Source: Trichinella spiralis (Eukaryota). Taken from it: DNA of 64,000 nt. The translations under genes were made by a program, and so were the position numbers. The notes beneath the pieces are model-generated. The model was not told where the DNA came from and did not search any database. It saw only the letters and a list, made by a program, of their open reading frames with translations. The stretch is from assembly GCF_000181795.1 (NCBI RefSeq), contig NW_003526943.1, positions 250,487 through 314,486 of the forward strand, written 5' to 3'. Each line of letters begins with the position of its first letter. The stretch's first letter is position 1. This document shows positions 45,122-57,174 of this stretch, piece after piece.

Positions 45122-46040
45122 AAATTGTTCACAATTGCAGCTTCCCAGCTAAACCAAGGAGTGACAACTACTAATTTGTTAGCATTTGATGAATTTCTTG
45201 ATTTTACTGGAAGTGTTCTATTTAAATCTTTCTTATTTGCAATCCAAGAATTTTACTTTAATATTTACAAAGTTTCTTTCGTTACAAAACATCCATATAT
45301 GTATTTTTATACATGTCGATGAGTTTTGCTATTTATATGAAAAATTCTGTTTGACATTCATACAGTTCATATAAAATACAGTCGAACTTCATTAAGTGCA
45401 TCAGATTTTGGCCGAAAAAAATTCCCTGTATTTAATTAAACGGTAAAATAATGGATACGTGCATGGAAATTCTTTCGAAATTTCATGCTCAATTAACAAA
45501 CTTAAAATGTAATTTGAAATGCAACATCAAACAGATCAGCTACATCACAGACGCTGCTTTTGATGCGGAATATTTAAATATTTCGTTATCATTGAAATAT
45601 ACATTGAAAGGTTGCAAATAGAAATGAAAACAGATAGCAGTTCAAGTGTTCACCAACGCACTAGTCGGTTTCGTTCAGATGTTGAAATAAAAAGTTTACA
45701 ATTTACACCATATATATAATTAAATTTGTTTTTTGATTTGTAAATAATATTGCAGATTTTTTATTTTAATAAAATATACGGAAATATAGGAAAACAATAA
45801 CACTAATGAAAGAGATGAAAACTTTCTGAAGTTAAAAGTAAAATTCTTTGATCGCTATCAGGAAAGATTTTCAGAGAACAGTCAGCGTGAAATTAGAAAA
45901 GTATTTAAATGCTAACAAATTAGCAGTTGCCATGCCTAGTTTTAGCTGACAACTGCAGCTGTGGACAATTCATCACTTGTTGATTTTTCCATTGTATTAC
46001 AATCGCCTTTAGCTAATCATCAGAATATTTTCTGACAAAC

Positions 46041-46597
46041 NNNNNNNNNNNNNNNNNNNNNNNNNNNNNNNNNNNNNNNNNNNNNNNNNNNNNNNNNNNN
46101 NNNNNNNNNNNNNNNNNNNNNNNNNNNNNNNNNNNNNNNNNNNNNNNNNNNNNNNNNNNNNNNNNNNNNNNNNNNNNNNNNNNNNNNNNNNNNNNNNNNN
46201 NNNNNNNNNNNNNNNNNNNNNNNNNNNNNNNNNNNNNNNNNNNNNNNNNNNNNNNNNNNNNNNNNNNNNNNNNNNNNNNNNNNNNNNNNNNNNNNNNNNN
46301 NNNNNNNNNNNNNNNNNNNNNNNNNNNNNNNNNNNNNNNNNNNNNNNNNNNNNNNNNNNNNNNNNNNNNNNNNNNNNNNNNNNNNNNNNNNNNNNNNNNN
46401 NNNNNNNNNNNNNNNNNNNNNNNNNNNNNNNNNNNNNNNNNNNNNNNNNNNNNNNNNNNNNNNNNNNNNNNNNNNNNNNNNNNNNNNNNNNNNNNNNNNN
46501 NNNNNNNNNNNNNNNNNNNNNNNNNNNNNNNNNNNNNNNNNNNNNNNNNNNNNNNNNNNNNNNNNNNNNNNNNNNNNNNNNNNNNNNNNNNNNNNNN
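46041..46597. other. Assembly gap (N run), probably unresolved tandem repeat units
   Basis: Run of n flanked on both sides by the repeat-unit word caaac. Confidence 0.95.
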
Positions 46598-47345
46598 CAA
46601 ACGTTGGCGGGTATTCAATGATGTATTGTATGGCGCCGGTTGAAAAAAAACCGATATCCCCGGTAACCGAGGAACAAAAAATGCAAGCTCTACCAACAGC
46701 AGCTCAAGTTGATAATAGGGCATTGACTGCCATACCTGAGCCAGAACAGAATTTGATACCAAAATCTGGAAAAGCTTCAAAATTGGCAGTTCAACAAAAG
46801 AAGGAAGCTGATGTCAGCTCTGTAGATCCTACTCTGTCAGCAATGACAAACGTTGGCGGTTATACAATGATGTATTCTATGGCACCGGATGAAAAAAAAC
46901 CGATATCCCCGGTAACCGATGGACAGAAAATGAAAGCTCTACCAACAGCAGCTCAAGTTGATAATAGGGCATTGACTGCCATACCTGAGCCAGAACAGAA
47001 TTTGATACCAAAATCTGGAAAAGCTTCAAAATTGGGAGCTCAACGAAATAAGGAAACTGATGTGAGCTCTGTAGATCCTACTTTGTCAGCAATGACAAAC
47101 GTTGGCGGTTATTCAATGATGTATTCCATGGCTCCAGAGAAAAATGCACCAAGCCCGTTGCCCATTACAAAGGAAGAGAAATTGCAAAGTGTACCAACAA
47201 CAGGTCAACAAGTGCAAAGCAAAAGCAGAGCCATTGAGAAATCTGCAACCTTAGGAAGTAAACAGAGTGAAATTAGTTCGTTAGATGCAACTATGTCAGA
47301 AATGACAAACGTAGCAAATTATTCAATGATGTACTCAATGGCTAA
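46598..47345 (+). repeat. Coding tandem repeat, 249-bp (83-aa) unit
   Basis: caaacgttggcgg recurs at 46598, 46847 and 47096. A degenerate fourth anchor lies at 47306. Confidence 0.95.
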
Positions 47346-48467
47346 AGAAGACGTTGTTAAGAAAGATGTCCGTGGCACTCTGAATAGATTAGCGCCAGCA
47401 AAATCAAATGTTGATCGTCTGAAAATAAGTGAATGCCCCACTTTAGACATACTTTCTTCCGAATTGAGAAGACGTGAGCATCCAGAAGTGAAAAGGAAAA
47501 AAACAATGATGAAACAAATGATTCAATCTCCAGTACGACCGGTAGTATTAGCTAAACCTACTGGTCGTCGAGTAATGTTAATGCGAAACGCAGAAAGAAT
47601 GGATCGCATATTTCCTGAATGGGTTGATGTATCATTCAATGATGAAGTATTTTTTTCATTAATATTCATTCCATGATGAAAAAGTTTGCTTTTTATAGGG
47701 AAAATACAAACCGTATGATTTAAATCAACCTCTGAAAATTCCTGAGCGCCATGATGGATACGAAGCTTATCGCATTGATTCTCCAATAACTGAATTGGGA
47801 AATATCACTGCTGTAATGCTTGGACGTGCTATGAAACTGGGAAAACATTTGCCTCACAGAATTGTTGTTAGTCCCGCGTTTCGGTGCATTCAAACTTGTC
47901 ACAGTCTTCTTAAAGCAGCAGACAATCCTTTGTTAAGGATGCAAATTGAGCCAGCTCTTTTTGAGTGGCTAGCGTGGTATGAAATAATGCCAACTTGGAT
48001 GAAATTTAGCGATTTAGTGAAATCAAATTATAAAATCAACAGCACTTATAAGCCAGTTACTAAGGCTAGCGATATGCAACAGTATTCGAATGAAAGTGTT
48101 GCCGATTTTTATGAACGTTGCATCAATGCTTTTAGACAAATATTAGAAAGTGATAAAAGTAAAAGTTGATTTATTTCAAAAAATTTTGAAGAGGTTTAAC
48201 TGTTTTTGTTTAGAAAAAGGAAATATCTTGTTTATTGTCCATAGTACGACTATTGATGCGATTACACGCTTTTTAAATGGTATGGATACCAGCAATGTTT
48301 CTGAAGAAGCACTGAAATCAGTGGGTGAAAACTATCCGTACTGTTCAGTGTTGATTTATGAAGAATTAGCAGATGATACATGGAGATTAATGCCCGATGT
48401 ATTGCCGTCTATTACTTACTTGGATGTCAGTAATCGTGTAAACATGGACTTTCTAAATCGAATGTGA
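46598..48467 (+). CDS. Histidine phosphatase superfamily (UBASH3/Sts-like) protein with N-terminal tandem repeats; 5' end in gap
   Basis: RVMLMRNAERMD, GKYKPYDLNQP, DSPITELG, VSPAFRCIQT, IEPALFEW, ESVADFYERC and GNILFIVH. Introns near 47647-47698 and 48159-48213. Confidence 0.85.
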
Positions 48468-49769
48468 ACAACATTTTCGTTTTGTAACTTCATTTACTGT
48501 TTGATTACTTTTTAATTTTGATTTCGTTTTTTTATAAATGCGATTGATAATCATTAATTTTCTTTTTTATTGCTAAAAATTATGTTTTTCTATTTATATA
48601 ACATTTACTTTATTAATAAAAATATTTTTTTATTTGTGCATTATTCTGTTTGCATTTTGCATTTTAAATTTAAACAAATCATGCTTTTACTTTTTGTAAC
48701 AGTGCATTTGGTTCATGTATTATTGTTAATTGACAATTGCATTTTTGAAAATTTCTTATTTTATCAGCATTGAATTTCTTTGCTACGGTTTACACTTGAA
48801 TACCGTAATATAATTTTCAAAGCTATCAAAGTTGATATTTAACTTCTATTACTTTCTTTTGCTTTATATTCCCAGTGATGGTTTTCGTTTTATTATGAAT
48901 ATGATTGATGATTTTTAATTGATTTTTCTTTTCACTGTTTAACGTTCACTGTTTTGTTTAACGCTTAATTTTTATTAAAATTATTTTCTTACTCGTGCAG
49001 TATTCGATGCTATTTTACCTATTTATGCGTGAAGCATATTTTTTGTAATATTCTAATTATTTAATAAATCTAATAATTGTAGTGGGTACAGTAAACCCGG
49101 TTACCTTCTATGATAATCTTACGTGATACTACATACACTATCTTATAATTGCATTTCTTATATTGGCTGCGTTCTGTCTAATAAAACTCGGCTTTGTGAG
49201 TTAGTCATTACAATAATATTTATTAATTCTTAATTTCTTTAAAGAACATATCAGACCAATGATCAAGAAAGGTGTTTGTAGCAGTTGTTATATATAGTAA
49301 CCCTCTGATGGTGGCACGGGGTCCAGCGCACCCCCTGAAAACTCTCGTTCTGTTTTAGCAGAATTCCTAAGTGATGGCAGCTGTTGTTTTCCATAACTTC
49401 TTAGAAATAGTCATAGAATATTTTTTTTCACTTGGCGCGGTCATATTTTTTTCAGTCGCTCAGTTCAGTTTTTCAGTCAGAATCGCTGACACTGCCTATA
49501 TTCACTTTCCTCAAGAGAATCATTCAGGAGGTTTAAGAAACTATCACTATCATATCCTGTGAGTGACATTTCTAAAATTATTCGACATTTTACATGAAAT
49601 AGATGAAACTTTGCATAAAATAATGTAAATGATAGTAAAAGTATGGCAAATTTTGCATTAAAAAAGTTAACAAGAAAACCACTAATAATAACCGTTCACA
49701 ATCAAGCAGAAAACACGTAGACAAGAAATAAACGATAGCGACTGGTCAGTTCGAGAGAAAATTGGATAA

Positions 49770-50073
49770 ATGAGAAAGATATATGAAAGGCAACTGCTCA
49801 ACACCGGTCGCAGCAGACTGCAAATCGCCAAACGTGGTGACTTACAACTGTTCCTTACCAACACTGAACCCAATGTAGACAGATTAGTCGCAATGCACCA
49901 ACCCCATCCATCACATCAATTATTTTTTCACTATATGATTATTTTTGAAAGAACACTCGATTTGAATAAATAGTCTGTTTAAAAATTCATTATTTTTTGA
50001 CAATAATTTAGGGGGCGTTTGAAAAATATATCTCTCACGGGGGCGATAGCCTGAAAAAGTTTGGGAAACACTG
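49770..50073 (+). mobile_element. hAT (Charlie/SCAND3-ZBED8-like) transposon 3' remnant with terminal inverted repeat
   Basis: C-terminus RSRLQIAKRGDLQLFLTNTEPNVDRLVAMHQPHPSH, followed by aaaaagtttgggaaacactg (reverse complement CAGTGTTTCCCAAAC, a Charlie-type TIR). Confidence 0.8.
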
Positions 50074-50684
50074 CACTAACGGTCGGATCATGCACGCCAC
50101 CACCCAAGAGTTAATGATCATCAGCATTAATTATGATTTTTAAAATGTATTTTAGGTGTTTTGCAATATTATTGTTATATGTTCTATCGTGATCTACGTA
50201 TTTGTGTATATTTATGTCTGCGGAATTTATGATAAAAGTGGCTGCTATTGCTGTTAATGGCATCAAAGTTGCATGCTTACGAATGGCGGAAATAGATAAA
50301 TCTCACAAATGTATTTTAAATTCAGTATGCATTTGGTTATTTCTGTGATAAGCAGCTGCCATGACATAACACAAATGCTGCATGAAAAAAATAGTTGGAA
50401 TATACTTAGATGTTAGAATCGTGACTGGAATGAATATGCATACACACTAACATAATTTGAATAATTTGCATTGAGTTAAAACAAGCAATATGACACCTGT
50501 TTTCAAGTTTTCAGTAACTAGCTTTGTCCTGATTTCTCAAACTGAGAATTTTAAAACGATTGTATTACTAATAAAATGTGTAGTTTGCTAATTATTATAT
50601 ATTAGTATCAGCTTAGCATTTTTTTCCCATGAACTGACCAAAATCCCCAATGGGATGCTCCCACTTGGTCCCACTTATGTTCCC

Positions 50685-50758
50685 CTTCGGTCCCACTGTT
50701 CACTTATTGGTCGTTGACCACGCTATTTTATTGGACCGTCAAGTCTTTGTCGTATTGG
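50685..50758 (+). repeat. Dispersed repeat, copy 2, abutting gap
   Basis: Matches 24561-24634 and is preceded by tcccact sub-repeats. Confidence 0.85.
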
Positions 50759-51399
50759 NNNNNNNNNNNNNNNNNNNNNNNNNNNNNNNNNNNNNNNNNN
50801 NNNNNNNNNNNNNNNNNNNNNNNNNNNNNNNNNNNNNNNNNNNNNNNNNNNNNNNNNNNNNNNNNNNNNNNNNNNNNNNNNNNNNNNNNNNNNNNNNNNN
50901 NNNNNNNNNNNNNNNNNNNNNNNNNNNNNNNNNNNNNNNNNNNNNNNNNNNNNNNNNNNNNNNNNNNNNNNNNNNNNNNNNNNNNNNNNNNNNNNNNNNN
51001 NNNNNNNNNNNNNNNNNNNNNNNNNNNNNNNNNNNNNNNNNNNNNNNNNNNNNNNNNNNNNNNNNNNNNNNNNNNNNNNNNNNNNNNNNNNNNNNNNNNN
51101 NNNNNNNNNNNNNNNNNNNNNNNNNNNNNNNNNNNNNNNNNNNNNNNNNNNNNNNNNNNNNNNNNNNNNNNNNNNNNNNNNNNNNNNNNNNNNNNNNNNN
51201 NNNNNNNNNNNNNNNNNNNNNNNNNNNNNNNNNNNNNNNNNNNNNNNNNNNNNNNNNNNNNNNNNNNNNNNNNNNNNNNNNNNNNNNNNNNNNNNNNNNN
51301 NNNNNNNNNNNNNNNNNNNNNNNNNNNNNNNNNNNNNNNNNNNNNNNNNNNNNNNNNNNNNNNNNNNNNNNNNNNNNNNNNNNNNNNNNNNNNNNNNNN
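50759..51399. other. Assembly gap (N run)
   Basis: Run of n. Confidence 1.
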
Positions 51400-51910
51400 T
51401 ATACTATATTATGTTATATTATAGTATATTATATTATAATATATAAACATATTATATTATACTATATGATATTATATTTTATTATATATAGTATAGTCTA
51501 TTATATTATATTATATTATATTATATTATAATATACCATATTATAGTTATAATATATTATCGTATAGTATACGATATTTATATTATATTATCTTATATTG
51601 TATCATAGTATATTATATTATAGCATATTATATTATATTATATTATATTATATTATATTATGTGATACTATGTTATATTATATTATATTATATTATATGC
51701 TCTTATGTTATATCATATTATATTATATTATATTATATTATATTATATTATAGGATTTATATTATATTATATTATATTATATTATATTATATTATATTAT
51801 ATTATATTATATTATATTATATTATATTATATTATATTATATTATATTATATTATATTATATTATAATTATATTATATTATATTATATTATACTATATAT
51901 TATTATATGT
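51400..51910. repeat. (TATAT)n pentanucleotide microsatellite
   Basis: Long imperfect attat/tatat array. Confidence 0.95.
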
Positions 51911-52689
51911 TATTTATTTTTATTTTTTATTTATTTTCTATTTATTTAGTTTTATGTCATGTTAAGCATTCCCAGAAATAATTTTGCATTAAGATTACTG
52001 TTTTGAAAACATTTACTCAGCATTAGAAGAATTTATAACTTATAAAATAAAATGGAAATGTTCAAATTTAAATGATTCGTTTCTCAATCAAATAATTGTT
52101 GTGAAAAATGTATAAAATTTTGATTTTTCAGATTTTATAATAAGAAATAGATAATTTTATAAATTACCATTTACTATTAATTATTAATTTAATGAATAAG
52201 AAGTTTCTTTGCAAAACCATTGCCTATTTCAAATAAAGATGAACTGCACTATTAATTTGATAGATTATGTGCACAACGATATTTCAGCAAAGAATTTTTA
52301 AGAATTGAGTTGCGTTTATTTAAATACTCGCAGAATGACATATTTTATAAATTTATTTGTGCCTCTGAACATTGTTTGCTTTCTAAGAAACTCAGCTTTG
52401 CTTAATGTCTTTCCCTCAATTAGGATTTGTTTAAATATCTGGAAAATAAACATTTTGCATTAAATACATAAAAATTAACAAGATTTAGTTCGTTTTATTT
52501 CTAATTGCATAAGTAAATTATTAATGAAGATAATGCCTTATATAAAAGGAAGAAGACAGTTATAAAGCTGATATTAAATCAGTTATGACGAATGAAAGTA
52601 AGTTTGATTTTGATCTACTGATTTATCTTAAAATAATGTTAAAATAGTGACAATCTCGGATAGGTGTTTTTATTTCAGTAATTCAATTA

Positions 52690-53230
52690 TGCAGGTTATT
52701 GAAAAATTTTACTTATGTAGCAATTGTGCATGTGAACAGAACTGGTGAAAATTGCCAAGCAAACACCATTGTTCAGCACATTTCAGTTGTGAACAGTCAT
52801 TTGTGAACTCTAACAGAAACAATTTTATGGTCCGTGACTTTACATCATATTTCACCGTGCAGCATTTTTTTGAGCATGGTCATACATATATTGGTACATT
52901 CTTTGCACATCGCCGTGTCGCTCAATGCCGCACGATGTGATCTTTAGTCGACATTAGCTGTTTATGTGCACAACAAAAAAGTAATCATGATCAGTTAATT
53001 TCCAAGGAAGAACAAGAATGTTCTTTTGATATCTTCATACCACGCTAAGTTTAAAGTAGACGACCAGTGAGATGATAAAAGATCAAACGTCATCAATGGC
53101 TATACTCTTGGCAAAGGAGGCGTGGATAACATGGCTGCAAGAATAGATTTCTGCTGTAAAAGAAAGACCAACTCCATGCTGATTTTGTCCCTCATCGATA
53201 GCGTGTGCAGCAACAACGCATTTGTAAGTC
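52690..53230 (+). mobile_element. Decayed piggyBac (PGBD-like) transposase remnant
   Basis: FVNSNRNNFMVRDFTSY...GHTYIGT (degenerate DxxFTS motif) and INGYTLGKGGVDNM...CKRKTN...NNAF (YNxxKGGVD motif), with stops and frameshifts. Confidence 0.75.
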
Positions 53231-53537
53231 GAAAATCAACCCAAAACCGTTGCCATTCATATCAAAAAATATATATGTATAAAACATATATGCATGAAAT
53301 CACTAAAATATCGTGTAGCGCTTGCATTGAATAAAATAAATCATTTATTCGTAAAATTGCCATTATTTCTCGAAGAAATAATTAGTTTAACATCATGTAA
53401 ATGGATTAAACATGACTTAACTTCGAGTGGCTAGATATGTAGACAGATGCCAAGATTACGGTGAAAAATTTGCCGCCTAGATGAGGGTCAAAATGCCCTG
53501 AAATCCACCCACATTGCGATGACAACTCCATTAAATG

Positions 53538-53600
53538 CAGGGGTAGCCAAAGTGGTCAATATCGACTTTTTGGGGTCGAATTGGGGTCGATGAACTCCGG
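53538..53600 (+). mobile_element. Possible hAT-type terminal inverted repeat fragment
   Basis: caggggtagccaaagtggtc resembles the CAGGGG(T)..CCAA ends of hAT elements. No partner end seen in the window. Confidence 0.35.
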
Positions 53601-53764
53601 GATCGAATATGAACTTTGAAATTCCATTTGAGAAATTTATTTCATGGTGAACTATTTTGTAACAATAATTTATAATTTTCTGAACTATTAAGGGACACCA
53701 CAAAAATTGAACAAAGCAGCGTGGTTTACATCTAAAACTCACTAATCTCCAACCTTAATGACAG

Positions 53765-54060
53765 CTAGTTTATGAGTGTTTCCACTACACCCTGTTCTAC
53801 TATAAGGAGCAGGAGCAGTTCATAAAACTCGACATAGCTTTTGCTTGCTTTTTTGTTGAACCGATTTGTTAAGACTACTGATACAAGAGATCCTGCCGCT
53901 GGTTGCTTAAGACGGGTAAACTGAACTTGTGCTGAGAAGCAACGACGAATCATGACATATGCGCGTGAATACAGCAGTGTCAGGTATACGCTGGAGCAGT
54001 GTCTTGAAGCTTTATTGTACCTAACACATTCCAGGTGGTGGTTTTGTATAATATTTTGCT
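53765..54060 (-). mobile_element. Second, internally deleted MULE transposase remnant
   Basis: RFNKKASKSYVEFYELLLLLIVEQGVVETLI parallels the C-terminus of the 8075-9004 remnant (KRARKHHLGFYQFLQLIIHEQGKTETVV). Confidence 0.65.
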
Positions 54061-55650
54061 GATTGCTTTTTTTGTTTTTCATTGTTTCTATTTGCTATTA
54101 TTGATTGCTTATATTTGTTTATTTTACCTATTATTGTTATCATCTGTTATTTACTATCGTTCATTAATGATGTTATTCTCTGTTATTTACCGGTGATTTT
54201 GTTGTTGCTGAGCATTGAAAAATGAAAAATTATTTTGCTGTATTTGTTGACCTACTGCTATCTCATTTCATTAAACTTCATTTACTTACCATAATAATAA
54301 AATTTAGAAAATTTTTTAAATTGTATGACAAACACTGCTTACTGAAAACCGTCAAATAAATATTTAAAGAAAAAGCAGCTATTATACCAATGATAAAACA
54401 ACTGTATTTGATAAAAGTGACATCCAATATACTAATGTTATGTAATCAATTGTTACATAATCAAAACATTTGTACCAATAAAATAAAAAATATGGTAACT
54501 CATCAAAACAGAATAATTTGAGTCATGGAAAAGTTAGATGAGAGAGCCAATCTCATAGCGCTATAAGTATGCAATGAAAACCCATGCCATTACCATCCAA
54601 TGAGAACATGATTTACAACAACCAATTAGAAAACCCGAGCAAAATTCTGACCGCTTTGGACTCTCCAAAGCTTAATCAGTAGTTAGCGTTGCAATTTTAA
54701 TCGTTAAATATTTTCATAGTTTCAACAGTGATTTTTAGTGCCATTAAACATGAAGTAAAATATAGTGTATACGGTGGTAAAGCACAAATGACAAAAATTA
54801 AAACAGTACATTGCACAATTACTGCACGTATAAATAATGCTCGAAATATATCATTACAAAGAAAACAGCCACTGTACCAGCACAAATTTAAAATCGATTA
54901 TTCAAAACAGAAAATTGAAAATTGAAATCAAATGCCTTAGTTAGTTTAATGAATTGCAAGCTTGGTAATGCAATTGCTACAAGACAACCATGAAACGCTC
55001 ATGAATAATGAAAAATGACCGATCAGTTGCTATGAATGACAGGTTACTTGAAAAGATATGCATTTCAAATAAAATATTTATATATAATTAGATTCGAATT
55101 TGAATAGAAAAATAGCTAGGGTTGAAATACGACAAATTTGAACAGTGCAAACAACTGCATCTTTCTTTTATAAAAACATTTTTCACTATTTACCGAAAAA
55201 GACTGCAAAATGCAAACATTACCTATCTCCTAAAACTTCAATCCAGCTGAACACTGTTAATAATAATTACTCAATTACAGAACTGCTTAAGCAAGTCGAC
55301 AAAAAATCCATGAAGAGTGAGGTAATTAGAAAAAAAGACGTTACCATTATTTGTGCAAATATTTGATTATAGTTAACATAGCTGGTGAATTGGAAAAGTG
55401 GTTGCATTTTTTCAGAAAATTATTAGTTATATTAGAAATGCGCTTTGTTTAATATGCACTATTATGTTTATTTTACTATTTGCCGTAAACCTCGCACTGT
55501 TATGACTATCAGTTTAAGTACTTTTTACATCAGCCATATTTGAGAATATATTAGCCAAATTTATGCAGTCTGTAGAAAAGCAAATATTACAATGATATAA
55601 AAGACTTTAATTTACGACTAAAGCAAGAATTATACAGAGAAACTTATTAA

Positions 55651-57103
55651 ATGGCTCTACATTCACTTTTTTCATTGATTCTTACACTGGTATGTTTAGC
55701 AAATTTAAGGTATTTGAAAAACAAATGTTAGGATTCTTGTTTTACCTTGTCTGATGTGATATAATACTTTAATGTTACTATTTTGCCTTCAATGCCTTTA
55801 ATTTATAAACTGTAAATTTAGCGTTAATTGCTGATTGCTTAGCCATCCTAAATTCTAACTTATAAAAAATATAGTTGCAAGAATTTCTTTTTGTCAATGC
55901 ACAGTCGTGTAAACTTTTAAAATAATAAAGATATACTAAGTATTTTTGGAGAAAAATATTTTTTGGAAATATATGACATCAACAAAGAAAGAACTTTCCT
56001 AAATCATAACTAGTGAAAGACATGTAAGCTTCATAGTACTTAACTTGCTTGCATTTGATATTTTTAAAAAGTTTTTCGTTTATATATATTGTTATATTGA
56101 TATATTGTTTTTTGTTTTGCTTGTTTTTTGCACTGTATACCATATAAATAAAAACAGGATTAATTTCCGCATTAAAATTCCATTTTTAATGAGTAAATTA
56201 AAATTAATTTTTGAGCAATTAATTCGTGTCTGCAAAGTCACTATTAAATATTTACCTGATGAACAGTGATCATTAAAACTGTATTTTAAATATAAGAAAG
56301 AAAGAAAGAAATATACAGAGAACAATTTTTGCTAAATTTTATAAAAATTATATTATAACTGCTTTATAATGCAGGTGTTCAAATCAAAATTAACTTTCAC
56401 TTTAGAATGGTAGATGTTTCTGTAATGATGAAATAATAACTCGATTTGAAATTTTACAATACTGCTTGTTTTTTTCAACTGCACTTTCAAAATATATTGA
56501 AAATAATTTTAATCAAAACTAACGCCTTCGTTAACAGGCAAAGTTAAGAGCATTTATTGAAACAAAACAGTTTAGCGATAAAATGATAAAATATTTTTTG
56601 AATATATTACCAGATCTTATTGGACATTTTGAATTGTTAAAGTTATGGCAACTAAATTGCAAATAAAAATGTGAACCTATAAATTCAAGCAATTGAGCAA
56701 ATTAAAATCATTTAAAATCAATCATGATACAAGATGACAATATTTTAAATTTTTAGGAAGTGCTTTATAATTTAATAAGTTACTTTTTACGTCTAGAGCC
56801 GAATGTCAGCTGCTAAATTTGACAATGAGACAATTGAACTTGCAGAGCAGCTCAGCGTACCTATAAGTGGAAAGATTGTAGAGTATACCAAAAGTGAAAG
56901 TTATTACAAAATTTCAAAACTAAAGCATGCAGAAAAATGCGAAAAAGACAGCATTTATCTGTTTTTACTGGAAATGGAAAAAACTGATTGTTCAATATAT
57001 CAGGCATGAATTTTTCATTTTTTGATTTTAAATGCTTTGGAAATTTTAGATAATTTAAAAAATAATTTTAGTATTTCTTTTGCAAATATATGATTATATT
57101 TTG

Positions 57104-57174
<71 letters not shown>

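Noticed and set aside
46598..47345. Regularly spaced repeats considered as a CRISPR-like array
   Set aside because: Whole units repeat with no unique spacers, they are protein-coding, and the context is eukaryotic.
51662..51965. ORFs of repeating YYIIL
   Set aside because: Translation of the (TATAT)n microsatellite.
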